Below, piece by piece: positions 54,832 to 63,062 of a stretch of 64,000 bases of DNA. The stretch's first letter is position 1. The number at the start of each line of letters is the position of its first letter. Source of the stretch: a virus. Lineage: Duplodnaviria; Heunggongvirae; Uroviricota; Caudoviricetes. The DNA is taken from positions 1-64,000 of the IMG/VR virus record IMGVR_UViG_3300046519_000060, one strand, 5' to 3'. The translations under genes were made by a program, and so were the position numbers. The notes under the pieces are model-generated. The model was given only the letters and a program-made list of their open reading frames with translations, did not search any database and was not told the origin of the DNA.

Positions 54832-55253
54832 GTGAACTATCGAAGCTTGCCTTCATCAACAAGTACGGATCGAAGGCACACAAGAAGAATGTTGGTCCTC
54901 GTATCGACAAGGTTCTCGATTCAGGGAACACGAAGGAAATTAGCGATCTTGCCTATAATGGTTTGGTCCAAACGCCGGAACACATCACCCGCATCATCGA
55001 CCATGATCCTGAAAAAGTCGGGGTTCACCCGATCCATCAGTTGATTAAGGATAAGAAAGGTGCGAAGAAGCTGACGGACGACCACTGGCATAGGCTGGCG
55101 TTACATCCGTCTGTCGGTGTTACGGCACAAGCATTACCTACGATGCCCCTAAAGCACGTCAAGACGGCTGCACAACATCACCCCGATGACTTCGTTCGAC
55201 AAATTGCAGCGGGTCATTACATCCGCCAGAAGCAACTTGGAGTAAAAGAATAA
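54828..55253 (+). CDS. LRV/HEAT-type repeat protein, divergent paralog 5
   Basis: N-terminus LAFINKYGSKAHKK; ATGA overlap. Confidence 0.5.
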   Translation: MSELSKLAFINKYGSKAHKKNVGPRIDKVLDSGNTKEISDLAYNGLVQTPEHITRIIDHDPEKVGVHPIHQLIKDKKGAKKLTDDHWHRLALHPSVGVTAQALPTMPLKHVKTAAQHHPDDFVRQIAAGHYIRQKQLGVKE

Positions 55254-55897
55254 TGTTTCGCGACAATAGCAACTTCCTCGCAAAGTGGGGTTCTCCTAAG
55301 CACATCGAACGGTTGTCACAAAGCACGAACGAGAATGACCGACTGGCAGTGATTCGTAGGAATCCGCATCTGCACTCTAAGATGATGAACGACCCGTCTG
55401 AACGGGTACGCCAGAACATCGCATATCACACGAAGGACAAGGCTGTTCTCGATCATATGGTGAACGACAAGAGCGAATTCGTTCGTGCGAACGTTGCGGA
55501 TAAAGGTCACAAGGACCATCTGGATAAGCTGGTCAATGATCCCGATTGGAGTGTTCGCGATAAGGTTGCATACCACGGCGGTCCTGAATACCACGCGAAG
55601 ATGGTAGATGATCCGCATGAGAACATCCGCGCTCGTCTGGCATCAAAGGGTATCGGACACGATAAGTATGTCCACGATAAGGATTCAATGGTCCGTGGTA
55701 TGGTCGCTGACATTGGCAGTGAAGAACACAAAGCGATCCTCGCGAACGATTCGAACGTGAACGTGCGTATGACCGTTGCCAAAAGATCGGAACACCCGGA
55801 CACCCTAAAGAAACTCTACAAGGATAGTCACCCTGACGTATCGAGACATGCTCTGCGTCATGCCGCTGACCTTGGTATCGACGTGAGGAAAGAATGA
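55253..55897 (+). CDS. LRV/HEAT-type repeat protein, paralog 6
   Basis: NFLAKWGSPKH then repeated D...VR..VA..G. Confidence 0.6.
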   Translation: MFRDNSNFLAKWGSPKHIERLSQSTNENDRLAVIRRNPHLHSKMMNDPSERVRQNIAYHTKDKAVLDHMVNDKSEFVRANVADKGHKDHLDKLVNDPDWSVRDKVAYHGGPEYHAKMVDDPHENIRARLASKGIGHDKYVHDKDSMVRGMVADIGSEEHKAILANDSNVNVRMTVAKRSEHPDTLKKLYKDSHPDVSRHALRHAADLGIDVRKE

Positions 55898-56544
55898 GCG
55901 ACGTACAGAAAGGAAAGTTCCTCGCCAAGTATGGTACGGACGCCCATCGTGACAAGTTGGTAGAGCATGATGAACCGGATGTCCGTGCAGCGGTTGCCAC
56001 GCGCGGCGAGAAGAAGCATCTGGATAAGCTTCAACATGATTCGGATAGCTTCGTGCGTCGTATGGTAGCTGAACACGGTCACAAGGAACATTTGGACAAC
56101 ATCATCCACAGCGACATGCACGATCAAGGTCTGGCAAGGGCAGTGGCAGCACATGGTCATCCTGAACATCTGGACCGCCTAATGAATCATCATGACTGGC
56201 GTGTTCAGGCTGCTGTCGCCCGTCATGGTGAGAAGCGACATCTTGATGCCATCATGAAGAATCGCATCGATGACATCGACGGCCAAGTGTCCCAAGAGAT
56301 TGCGAAGCGCGGTCACAAGGATCATCTTGATGCACTAGTCAATCACAAGCACGCTATGACTCGCGTCGAAGTCGGTAAGCATGGTCATCCTGAACATATG
56401 GATAAACTCATTGGTGACAAGATTGGTCTGGTTCGCGCCACGGTAGCAAGCCGTGGTTCATTGGATCACGCGCGACGACTCCAAAACGACCCGGACATAA
56501 CCGCGCGTAGCGTTGCACAAGCAAGAATTCAGAAAGGCGAATAA
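55894..56544 (+). CDS. LRV/HEAT-type repeat protein, paralog 7
   Basis: KFLAKYGTDAHRDKLVEHDEPDVRAAVATRGEKKHLDKLQHDSDSFVRRMVAEHG... Confidence 0.6.
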   Translation: MSDVQKGKFLAKYGTDAHRDKLVEHDEPDVRAAVATRGEKKHLDKLQHDSDSFVRRMVAEHGHKEHLDNIIHSDMHDQGLARAVAAHGHPEHLDRLMNHHDWRVQAAVARHGEKRHLDAIMKNRIDDIDGQVSQEIAKRGHKDHLDALVNHKHAMTRVEVGKHGHPEHMDKLIGDKIGLVRATVASRGSLDHARRLQNDPDITARSVAQARIQKGE

Positions 56545-56792
56545 TGAAAGTACTGTATTTCTCTGCGCCGTGGTGCGCACCCTGCAAGACCTTTGCACCG
56601 ACCTTCGATGAAGTGGTCAAGGCCCATTCGGAAGTCGAATTCACGAAGGTCAACATTGACGAGGACTTCGAACTAGCCAAGAAGTACGCAGTACGTGGCG
56701 TACCTTGCATCGTGGCCCTTGAAGGTGACAAGGAAGTTGCCCGCATCGCGGGCGGACTGACCAAGACTAAACTCGAACAACTCCTAAGCTAA
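56544..56792 (+). CDS. trx: thioredoxin
   Basis: WCAPCK active site, 82 aa; ATGA overlap with upstream. Confidence 0.8.
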   Translation: MKVLYFSAPWCAPCKTFAPTFDEVVKAHSEVEFTKVNIDEDFELAKKYAVRGVPCIVALEGDKEVARIAGGLTKTKLEQLLS

Positions 56793-56793
56793 G

Positions 56794-57285
56794 ATGTCAT
56801 ATTTCGACCAGTTTCCTTCGATGTACTACACGTTTGATAACGTCAGCGCGACGCTGGTCACGAACTTCTTGGCCCGCGTTGCTCTGTCCGATGAACTCAA
56901 ATCGAACGTCACGCTTTACTCGCCATACACCATCGCTGACGGCGATACTCCTGAGATAGTGGCCGACAAGGTGTATGGCGATCCTCAACTTCATTGGGTC
57001 ATCCTTCTGACCAATGAAATCATCGACCCGCGATATGACTGGTGTCTGTCGCAATACAACCTCGATGCGATGTGTGAGGCGAAGTACGCGAACATGTACG
57101 GCACGCATCACTATGAGACGACTGATGGCTACATCGTGGATTCTAACTATCCCGGCGCTGTCTCAATCTCGAACTATCAATACGAAGATCGACTTAACGA
57201 AGCGAAGCGCACGATCAAGATTCTGAATCCTAATCTTGTGGCTGAGTTTGTTAAGGAGTTTGCGACTGCAATGGGTAGCAAATGA
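56794..57285 (+). CDS. 53: baseplate wedge protein gp53-like
   Basis: YGDPQLHWVILLTNEIIDPRYDW parallels T4 gp53 YGNPQLYWVLLMCNDNYDPYYGW. Confidence 0.55.
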   Translation: MSYFDQFPSMYYTFDNVSATLVTNFLARVALSDELKSNVTLYSPYTIADGDTPEIVADKVYGDPQLHWVILLTNEIIDPRYDWCLSQYNLDAMCEAKYANMYGTHHYETTDGYIVDSNYPGAVSISNYQYEDRLNEAKRTIKILNPNLVAEFVKEFATAMGSK

Positions 57286-58658
57286 CACAAGCAATCAAGA
57301 ACGGCGTACAGAGTGCCGGTGACATCAACATAGTGGAAGTCACGCTGATCTGCGCGAACGGCGTACAAATTGATCTGATGCCGTTCATGATCGAGTGTAA
57401 CATCACTGAGGACATCTTCTCAACGTCCCTGTACGGCAACATCGCCATCACGGATAGTCTGGGTATCATCGAGAACGGTCCCATCGTTGGTGAGGAATAC
57501 ATCCGGGTGGACTTCCAGACACCGGGTATGGATGCGCACATCAACAAGACGTTCCGCGTCTACAGCTTGACGGATCGCACGGCCCCGATTGATGACAAGT
57601 CGCAAGTGTTCATCCTGCACTTCTGTTCGCCGGAAGTGTTCGTGGATGCCATGAGCAAAATCTTCAAGACGTTCGAAGGCCGCGTGGATGACGTTGCATC
57701 AACCATCTATACGGGATACCTGAACGTCGCACGAAACATCGTCGTCAACGCGAACAACAAGCAGTTCGTGGAATCGGAAGATACGACGACACTGACGGTC
57801 CTGAACGAGACGGACAACAACATCAAGTTCACCTGTCCCGGTTGGGGCGCTCTAAAGACCCTCAGTTGGCTTGCTGCGAAGTCGATAGCCAAGGACACCA
57901 AGGCATCGGACGGACTGTTCTATGAGTCCACACAGGGCTACTATTGGGGTTCTGTTGGCACGGTCATCAACGCATGGAAGGGCGCTGGTCGTGTGGCCGG
58001 AGAATTCTACTACTCGCCCTCGAATCAACGGATCAACGAGTCGGGAACGGTCGCCGTAGATGGTGTGCAGTACACTGTCCCGAACCTGAACCGTGACTAC
58101 AAGATCGTAGAAGAATTCAAGGTCATCGATACGTTCAATACCTTGAAGTCCAACCTTTCCGGGTACTATGCGAACCAAGTACTGACGGTGGACATGATCC
58201 ACAAGTCGTACAAGTACAACAACTTCGACTACATTCAGGACTTCGACAAGTATCCGCATTTGGAGAAGAATCCGCCGTTCACGGCAGGACAGTTCCGCAA
58301 CCCGGACATGGTGACGGAAGTGCAGTATCAGCATCCTAGCCTATTCAACAACGTCACGGCCAATGTCAATGAACGCATTGCTGCGATCCGACAGAACCGT
58401 AAGTCGCTGCTGACGGGATACTCGAATATCAAGGTGGAAGTGACAGTACCGGGACGCACGGACTTTGAAGCGGCATCCGTGGTTTACTTCGGATTCCCGA
58501 AGATGGGACCGAAGGATGGAAGTGACAAGACGGAAAAGTTCGATAAGTACCTTTCCGGTCTGTACTTGGTGACATGTGTCCGTCACAAGTTCACCTTGGA
58601 CAGACACATGATGATTATGGAACTGGTGAAGGATTCCTTCGATAAAGCGATCAGTTAG
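57282..58658 (+). CDS. 27: baseplate hub protein gp27-like
   Basis: NITEDIFSTSLYGNIAITDS parallels T4 gp27 [20 protein letters not shown]; 458 aa. Confidence 0.45.
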   Translation: MTQAIKNGVQSAGDINIVEVTLICANGVQIDLMPFMIECNITEDIFSTSLYGNIAITDSLGIIENGPIVGEEYIRVDFQTPGMDAHINKTFRVYSLTDRTAPIDDKSQVFILHFCSPEVFVDAMSKIFKTFEGRVDDVASTIYTGYLNVARNIVVNANNKQFVESEDTTTLTVLNETDNNIKFTCPGWGALKTLSWLAAKSIAKDTKASDGLFYESTQGYYWGSVGTVINAWKGAGRVAGEFYYSPSNQRINESGTVAVDGVQYTVPNLNRDYKIVEEFKVIDTFNTLKSNLSGYYANQVLTVDMIHKSYKYNNFDYIQDFDKYPHLEKNPPFTAGQFRNPDMVTEVQYQHPSLFNNVTANVNERIAAIRQNRKSLLTGYSNIKVEVTVPGRTDFEAASVVYFGFPKMGPKDGSDKTEKFDKYLSGLYLVTCVRHKFTLDRHMMIMELVKDSFDKAIS

Positions 58659-59548
58659 ATCGGCGTATTGAATGGAATGCACATAGTAGGGAAGCTGAAC
58701 GAGAGTTTGCTTCCCAACGTGTTCTGGCAGAAGTCTACGCACGACTGCATGTTCACGGATGTCAGATGGTCGATCATGTTGCCGAAGCCCGTATGGAACT
58801 CAAACTCAGGATAACTGATCGATGGGAACAGCGGGTCAGGCAACTTCGGAATCGCCGGGAAACCGGGTATCGAGAAGTTGAACATCAGGTTGGCCGGAAT
58901 CTTTGCTTTCAGCGCATCCATGTAGGTCTGCGGGTTCGGCAGATTAGGCAAGGGCGGCAACGCTGCTATCGCCATCTGTTGAAGCTGATCCAGTGTCGGT
59001 ATGGTTGGCATCGCTGGCATACTCGCGAACTTCAACTTTCCGCATACCTGATTGATAAGCCCGAAGATCATGTCAGGAAGACCCATGATGTAGGACTTCA
59101 CCAAGTTGCACATCGTACTGAGGCTTTCGAATTCCGGGATGCGCATGTCCGGGAACAGCGGTGACGGGATGCCGGGAAACTGGATACCTGCTGCGATCTT
59201 CGCCTTCACACTCGCCAGAAGATCGGACGGGTTCCCGTTGAGGATGTCTGGAAGCTTGATATTGAGGCTAGGAATCGATGGCAGCACGGATAGTGGGTCG
59301 ATACCCAAGAAGCCCGTCAACGGCGTCAGCATCCCCGTACACGTCTGCATTAGCTGGTTTGCTTTCAGTTCCGCGATGCTCGTCACCATTTCGATGTTCG
59401 GACACTTCATCGTCGGAAAGGCCGGACTAGGAAGTGTCGGCAACGATGGCATGGTGAAATTGAAGGGCGGGTTCTTTAGGTTCGGTGCGAACTGGTTATA
59501 CAGGTCGTTGAACGAAGGAATCGGCGTGCTGGTACAAAGTTGGGGCAT
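58655..59548 (-). CDS. Pro-rich hypothetical protein
   Basis: 297 aa; GTAAATAG late-promoter-like motif 25 nt upstream. Confidence 0.45.
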   Translation of the reverse strand: MPQLCTSTPIPSFNDLYNQFAPNLKNPPFNFTMPSLPTLPSPAFPTMKCPNIEMVTSIAELKANQLMQTCTGMLTPLTGFLGIDPLSVLPSIPSLNIKLPDILNGNPSDLLASVKAKIAAGIQFPGIPSPLFPDMRIPEFESLSTMCNLVKSYIMGLPDMIFGLINQVCGKLKFASMPAMPTIPTLDQLQQMAIAALPPLPNLPNPQTYMDALKAKIPANLMFNFSIPGFPAIPKLPDPLFPSISYPEFEFHTGFGNMIDHLTSVNMQSCVDFCQNTLGSKLSFSFPTMCIPFNTPI

Positions 59549-59572
59549 GGTAGTAGACCGTAAGGTGATCCA

Positions 59573-59866
59573 CTATTTACCCGAAGTGATGTAGAATCCC
59601 TTCCCCGGATTTTCCTTGAACCATGTGAACAACGGATCGATAGCACCAGTCATCGGTTGTACCGAACATATGTCTTGTGCGATTAACCCCGGAACAACTC
59701 TACGCACCATACCGGCCCACATGTCGCGCAGTTCGCGCAGTTCGTCCGTCATTTCCGGTCGCTTGATCGGAAACACGTCACACGGCTTACCCCACGGATA
59801 CGACTTGTTTAGATCGAGTGGGACGTTGCGCTTGAAGCTTGATGAAAGTCCTTTGTCTGGGGCCAT
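59573..59866 (-). CDS. small protein with major-capsid (gp23/gp24) N-arm-like segment; alternative start 59986
   Basis: WAGMVRRVVPGLIAQDICSVQPMTG parallels T4 gp23 AVMGMVRRAIPNLIAFDICGVQPMNSPTG. Confidence 0.4.
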   Translation of the reverse strand: MAPDKGLSSSFKRNVPLDLNKSYPWGKPCDVFPIKRPEMTDELRELRDMWAGMVRRVVPGLIAQDICSVQPMTGAIDPLFTWFKENPGKGFYITSGK

Positions 59867-59867
59867 C

Positions 59868-60113
59868 TTAACTCTCATGGTCACAGAAGTGTTGAATCGT
59901 TTCCCATGATTCCGTGACCTCTGGGGCAGCATCCAGATAGCCGTCAAAGTCATCGAAGGTGGTGTAGCATCCAACGGCTGCGACACGTTCTACGTAGCGC
60001 CACGTCGATTCGTGGTTCATGGACATGTAGTGACGAAGCTTGCGGTATCGTGCCGCGTCGATTTGATCTTGTGTCAGGTTGTCGGCCATTCTGTGTTGAT
60101 CCAAAGAGGGCAA
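59868..60113 (-). CDS. hypothetical protein
   Basis: 81 aa ORF in minus-strand operon. Confidence 0.35.
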   Translation of the reverse strand: MPSLDQHRMADNLTQDQIDAARYRKLRHYMSMNHESTWRYVERVAAVGCYTTFDDFDGYLDAAPEVTESWETIQHFCDHES

Positions 60114-60280
60114 AATCTATTGAAGGTTCCGTTGTTGACATCTTCGGTGATACGCCGTTCAGTCAAATTGCAATCGTGGTCATCTGGCGTCCCGGTGGGC
60201 CAATAGAACCCCAACATATAGTCCTTATAGTCGGTACGCTTCTGGGGACACGTAGCGCACCGCTGCGGCCCTTTAAGCAT
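60074..60280 (-). CDS. hypothetical Cys-containing protein
   Basis: 68 aa. Confidence 0.3.
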   Translation of the reverse strand: MLKGPQRCATCPQKRTDYKDYMLGFYWPTGTPDDHDCNLTERRITEDVNNGTFNRFCPLWINTEWPTT

Positions 60281-60467
60281 CGTCCAGTAGTTCCTCTAGC
60301 TTCGCTTCAAGCTTCCACAAATCAACGTAGCGAATCGTTTCTTCCTCAAAGTCGCCACGTCGCGCATAGTAGTCAGTCGAAGGTACATGTACCGTCTTTT
60401 CTGTGACGCATTCCTTCAAGATACCCAGAATGAATGCTGCGTCTTTATTCGTCATTGTGTAATCCAA
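60273..60467 (-). CDS. hypothetical protein
   Basis: 64 aa. Confidence 0.35.
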   Translation of the reverse strand: MDYTMTNKDAAFILGILKECVTEKTVHVPSTDYYARRGDFEEETIRYVDLWKLEAKLEELLDDA

Positions 60468-60822
60468 TTACTGAGCAGTTCCAATCATTCCACTCGCGAA
60501 TCGCTTGGTGGAAGTCCTCATACGCGTTGTCGCGTTTCTCGTTCGTACCGAACACCATCGACCCGGATCGTTCTGCACGATCTTCCTTCGATGCTCCCAA
60601 CAACCAGACACGTTCTGTCTGAATGTCCATCACTGATCGCGAGACGACCTCATAACCGTTCGATGCCCTGAACTTATGGAAGTCACCATCGTCGTCCCCA
60701 TACCACGTCACGCGCTTGTCTGGTGACTGATACAGGATGTCGAATGTCAGACGCTTGGTGGTCTTGACCAGACGGTAGGTGATAAGGTCAAGGACAACCA
60801 GTTCCGGTGTTTCCTCGCCCAT
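60445..60822 (-). CDS. hypothetical protein
   Basis: track ORF 60445..60885 trimmed to ATG 60822 where codon usage becomes typical. Confidence 0.4.
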   Translation of the reverse strand: MGEETPELVVLDLITYRLVKTTKRLTFDILYQSPDKRVTWYGDDDGDFHKFRASNGYEVVSRSVMDIQTERVWLLGASKEDRAERSGSMVFGTNEKRDNAYEDFHQAIREWNDWNCSVIGLHNDE

Positions 60823-61008
60823 CCCCAAGTTAATCCTGTTCATCAAGTTGTTCCACTTCTTTACTCGTTCTAGTTCGGAGTGCATTCTTTTTACTCGTCT
60901 CCATCATTAGCGGGACGCATGTCTCGCCCATCCACTTCACCACGCCGTTCTTCTTACCGCTGTGACGGCGTAGGCGATTGATCCATTGCCTCAGTTCTTT
61001 AGATGCTT

Positions 61009-61125
61009 TCATGGACAGCAACGAGGGCTTCCGCCACAGTAATGTTCGTAGTTCCAATCATCCGGGTCGATTTCCTCTGGTCCACAATAGATGTCGCGCC
61101 ACTCTCCGCAACAGCAACACTCCAT
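61009..61125 (-). CDS. possible Cys-rich micro-protein (38 aa)
   Basis: MECCCCGEWRDIYCGPEEIDPDDWNYEHYCGGSPRCCP; codon usage phage-like. Confidence 0.25.
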   Translation of the reverse strand: MECCCCGEWRDIYCGPEEIDPDDWNYEHYCGGSPRCCP

Positions 61126-61169
61126 CTGGTATTCACCATCGAAGTATCGGATGCCCGGATTGCAGGGAA

Positions 61170-61349
61170 TCAGTTCACGGAACACTTGCTGACCTCATAG
61201 TTCGCCCATTCATCGATGGCGAGATTGATCGTTTCGGCCTTCCAACCAAGTGCTTCCAGTTCTTCGCGAAGCTTGGAGACGGTCTTGATCTGATACTTCT
61301 TGGCGAGTGTGACTGCATCGCGCACGCAGTAGAAAACTTCGACGTTCAT
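61170..61349 (-). CDS. small hypothetical protein (59 aa)
   Basis: ATGA coupling with upstream minus gene. Confidence 0.35.
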   Translation of the reverse strand: MNVEVFYCVRDAVTLAKKYQIKTVSKLREELEALGWKAETINLAIDEWANYEVSKCSVN

Positions 61350-61513
61350 CGCATGACCTTGTAGTTTCGTTCGATGATGACTTCAAGACAGTAGTCCAGA
61401 TTTGCGTTCACCATCAGTTCACCTGTGGATGCGTCAACGATGGTCGCGTACAGAAGGCGGCGCTCCTTATTGCCGTGGTACACGGCCATCTTCACTTCAC
61501 GTTCTTCTTTCAT
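61346..61513 (-). CDS. small hypothetical protein (55 aa)
   Basis: ATGA coupling on both sides. Confidence 0.35.
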   Translation of the reverse strand: MKEEREVKMAVYHGNKERRLLYATIVDASTGELMVNANLDYCLEVIIERNYKVMR

Positions 61514-62286
61514 TTCTTCTCGATGTACAGAGTCGTTCCAACCGGAACATCGGATGCAGCGAAAGCGGCCATCGTGAACCCATCCGTTCCCGGCATGGTT
61601 CCAGTCGTTCCGACCTCTTTGTAGTTCTTCTCTGCGGACTGAGCGAGAGGGGCGGCGTAGAGCAACGTGTCGTCCGGGACGTCGCGCAAGAAAACGACTT
61701 CCATAACTCGCCGACCTTTGCTGTACGGTCGGGCTGACTCATAGGACTGCACGCGCGCCACTGCATCTTGCTTGTCGCTCGGATTGGAGAAATGAGCATG
61801 AATGCGTCCCACAAGGGAGAACGTCCCCGCATCATCCCCGATCGGTGCTCCGAGATCATCGAGCCACATACGCACGCATCCCGCTTCTTCGGCCTCGGCA
61901 TAGGCTTTTCTGGGATTGTGATATTCGGCACCGCTGGCAGTTACAGCAACGCCATCCGCCTCTTGCTTGTCGCTCGGATTGGCGAGAGCGTCGAAGAACG
62001 GTTCAACATCCAACCAGTCTTGCGGGTTCTTGAACGCGAGCGAACAGAAAAAGCGAAGGCGTTCGACCGGATCAGGTTCTTCTTCGGCACAACCCAACTT
62101 ACTGTAGGTTTCCAGTGCAGGTTGAGTGATGCCCTCGGCAATACGGCTGTCGCGATTGATGGCCGATGCAAGACCTTCTTCGCCGTCCAGCTTGCTTTTC
62201 ACGGTGTCCGTCCAGATACCGCCGACTGCCTTGACGAAGGCAACCAGTTGTGCGTTCTCGGCTTCCAGTTCTTCGATGGTCCTCAC
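61510..62286 (-). CDS. hypothetical protein with internal NPSDKQ repeat
   Basis: 258 aa. Confidence 0.5.
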   Translation of the reverse strand: MRTIEELEAENAQLVAFVKAVGGIWTDTVKSKLDGEEGLASAINRDSRIAEGITQPALETYSKLGCAEEEPDPVERLRFFCSLAFKNPQDWLDVEPFFDALANPSDKQEADGVAVTASGAEYHNPRKAYAEAEEAGCVRMWLDDLGAPIGDDAGTFSLVGRIHAHFSNPSDKQDAVARVQSYESARPYSKGRRVMEVVFLRDVPDDTLLYAAPLAQSAEKNYKEVGTTGTMPGTDGFTMAAFAASDVPVGTTLYIEKK

Positions 62287-62612
62287 AGTAAATCCCTCAC
62301 TTCTCGTTCAAATTGTTGAAGGACCATTTCCGCTTGGTCCCAATCGAAATGCCAGTTCCACTTCCCGCTGTACGGGTTTAGGCGTGACGATGGACCGTAG
62401 TAGACCTTCGTCTTTGCCGCTGCAACGTCATCAAACCGGGCGTAAATGCCCGCATAGATGCTGTCGTCGTGGATGGTGAATCGCAATTCGCCTACCTGCG
62501 TATTCACCTTGTAGTAATCGTCGTCATCTTTCTTCGCTCCCAACGCAAGGAACGTGTCGATGATCTTCTTGTTGACTGATACACGGATTGCTTTGGCGAC
62601 TCGACGCGGCAT
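62283..62612 (-). CDS. hypothetical protein
   Basis: ATGA overlap. Confidence 0.45.
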   Translation of the reverse strand: MPRRVAKAIRVSVNKKIIDTFLALGAKKDDDDYYKVNTQVGELRFTIHDDSIYAGIYARFDDVAAAKTKVYYGPSSRLNPYSGKWNWHFDWDQAEMVLQQFEREVRDLL

Positions 62613-62621
62613 AAAACCCCC

Positions 62622-62966
62622 TTAGTTGAGTGTGCTGATGCAATCGAGAATTCCCAGACCCTTCGCGTACACGCCGTCTTTCTTGGCGGCTTCGATGATG
62701 AACGCGTTCACCTTGCGCTTCGGAATCTGATCGAAGGGAAGCTGCACATCGACTGGCTGGCCGTCCAGTTCGCCGTGGCAGTACGACACATCCCAGACCG
62801 GGAAGCCCGGATCGCTGACCAGACGCAGACGCGTGACCTTCAAGCCCTTGGTCGTCCAGTCCACCAGACCGCCGTGGTTGTTCTCGCGATCCTTGTGGTA
62901 GCCCTGCGCATCCACCAGACCGTTCGATTCCTTCGTGCCGTAGATGTCGCGGTTGATCGTGTTCAT
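62622..62966 (-). CDS. hypothetical protein
   Basis: first gene of minus operon. Confidence 0.45.
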   Translation of the reverse strand: MNTINRDIYGTKESNGLVDAQGYHKDRENNHGGLVDWTTKGLKVTRLRLVSDPGFPVWDVSYCHGELDGQPVDVQLPFDQIPKRKVNAFIIEAAKKDGVYAKGLGILDCISTLN

Positions 62967-62978
62967 GTGCGTCGCTCC

Positions 62979-62988
62979 CTAAATAGTT
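62979..62988 (+). promoter_or_regulatory. late-promoter-like motif CTAAATAGTT upstream of gp5
   Basis: identical 10-mer also at 34864 and 40732. Confidence 0.4.
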
Positions 62989-62998
62989 GATAAATGTG

Positions 62999-63028
62999 AT
63001 TCTATCCCAAGTCTGGGAGTGTGTCAAC
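62999..63028 (-). promoter_or_regulatory. sigma70-like promoter on minus strand (TTGACA-18-TAGAAT)
   Basis: revcomp ttgacacactcccagacttgggatagaat. Confidence 0.55.
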
Positions 63029-63062
63029 AGCTTTCGTATCTGGGAATTCAAAAGGGTAAAAC

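Noticed and set aside
59548-59986. Single fused capsid-like gene via read-through of TAG at 59573
   Set aside because: The downstream 297-aa product has no capsid similarity and a late-promoter-like motif lies between the ORFs; kept as separate genes with the amber noted.
60830-61057. 75-aa minus ORF from the track
   Set aside because: Rich in rare codons (cga, cta, aga, agg, tta) unlike neighbouring genes. A different frame (61009..61125) shows phage-typical usage.
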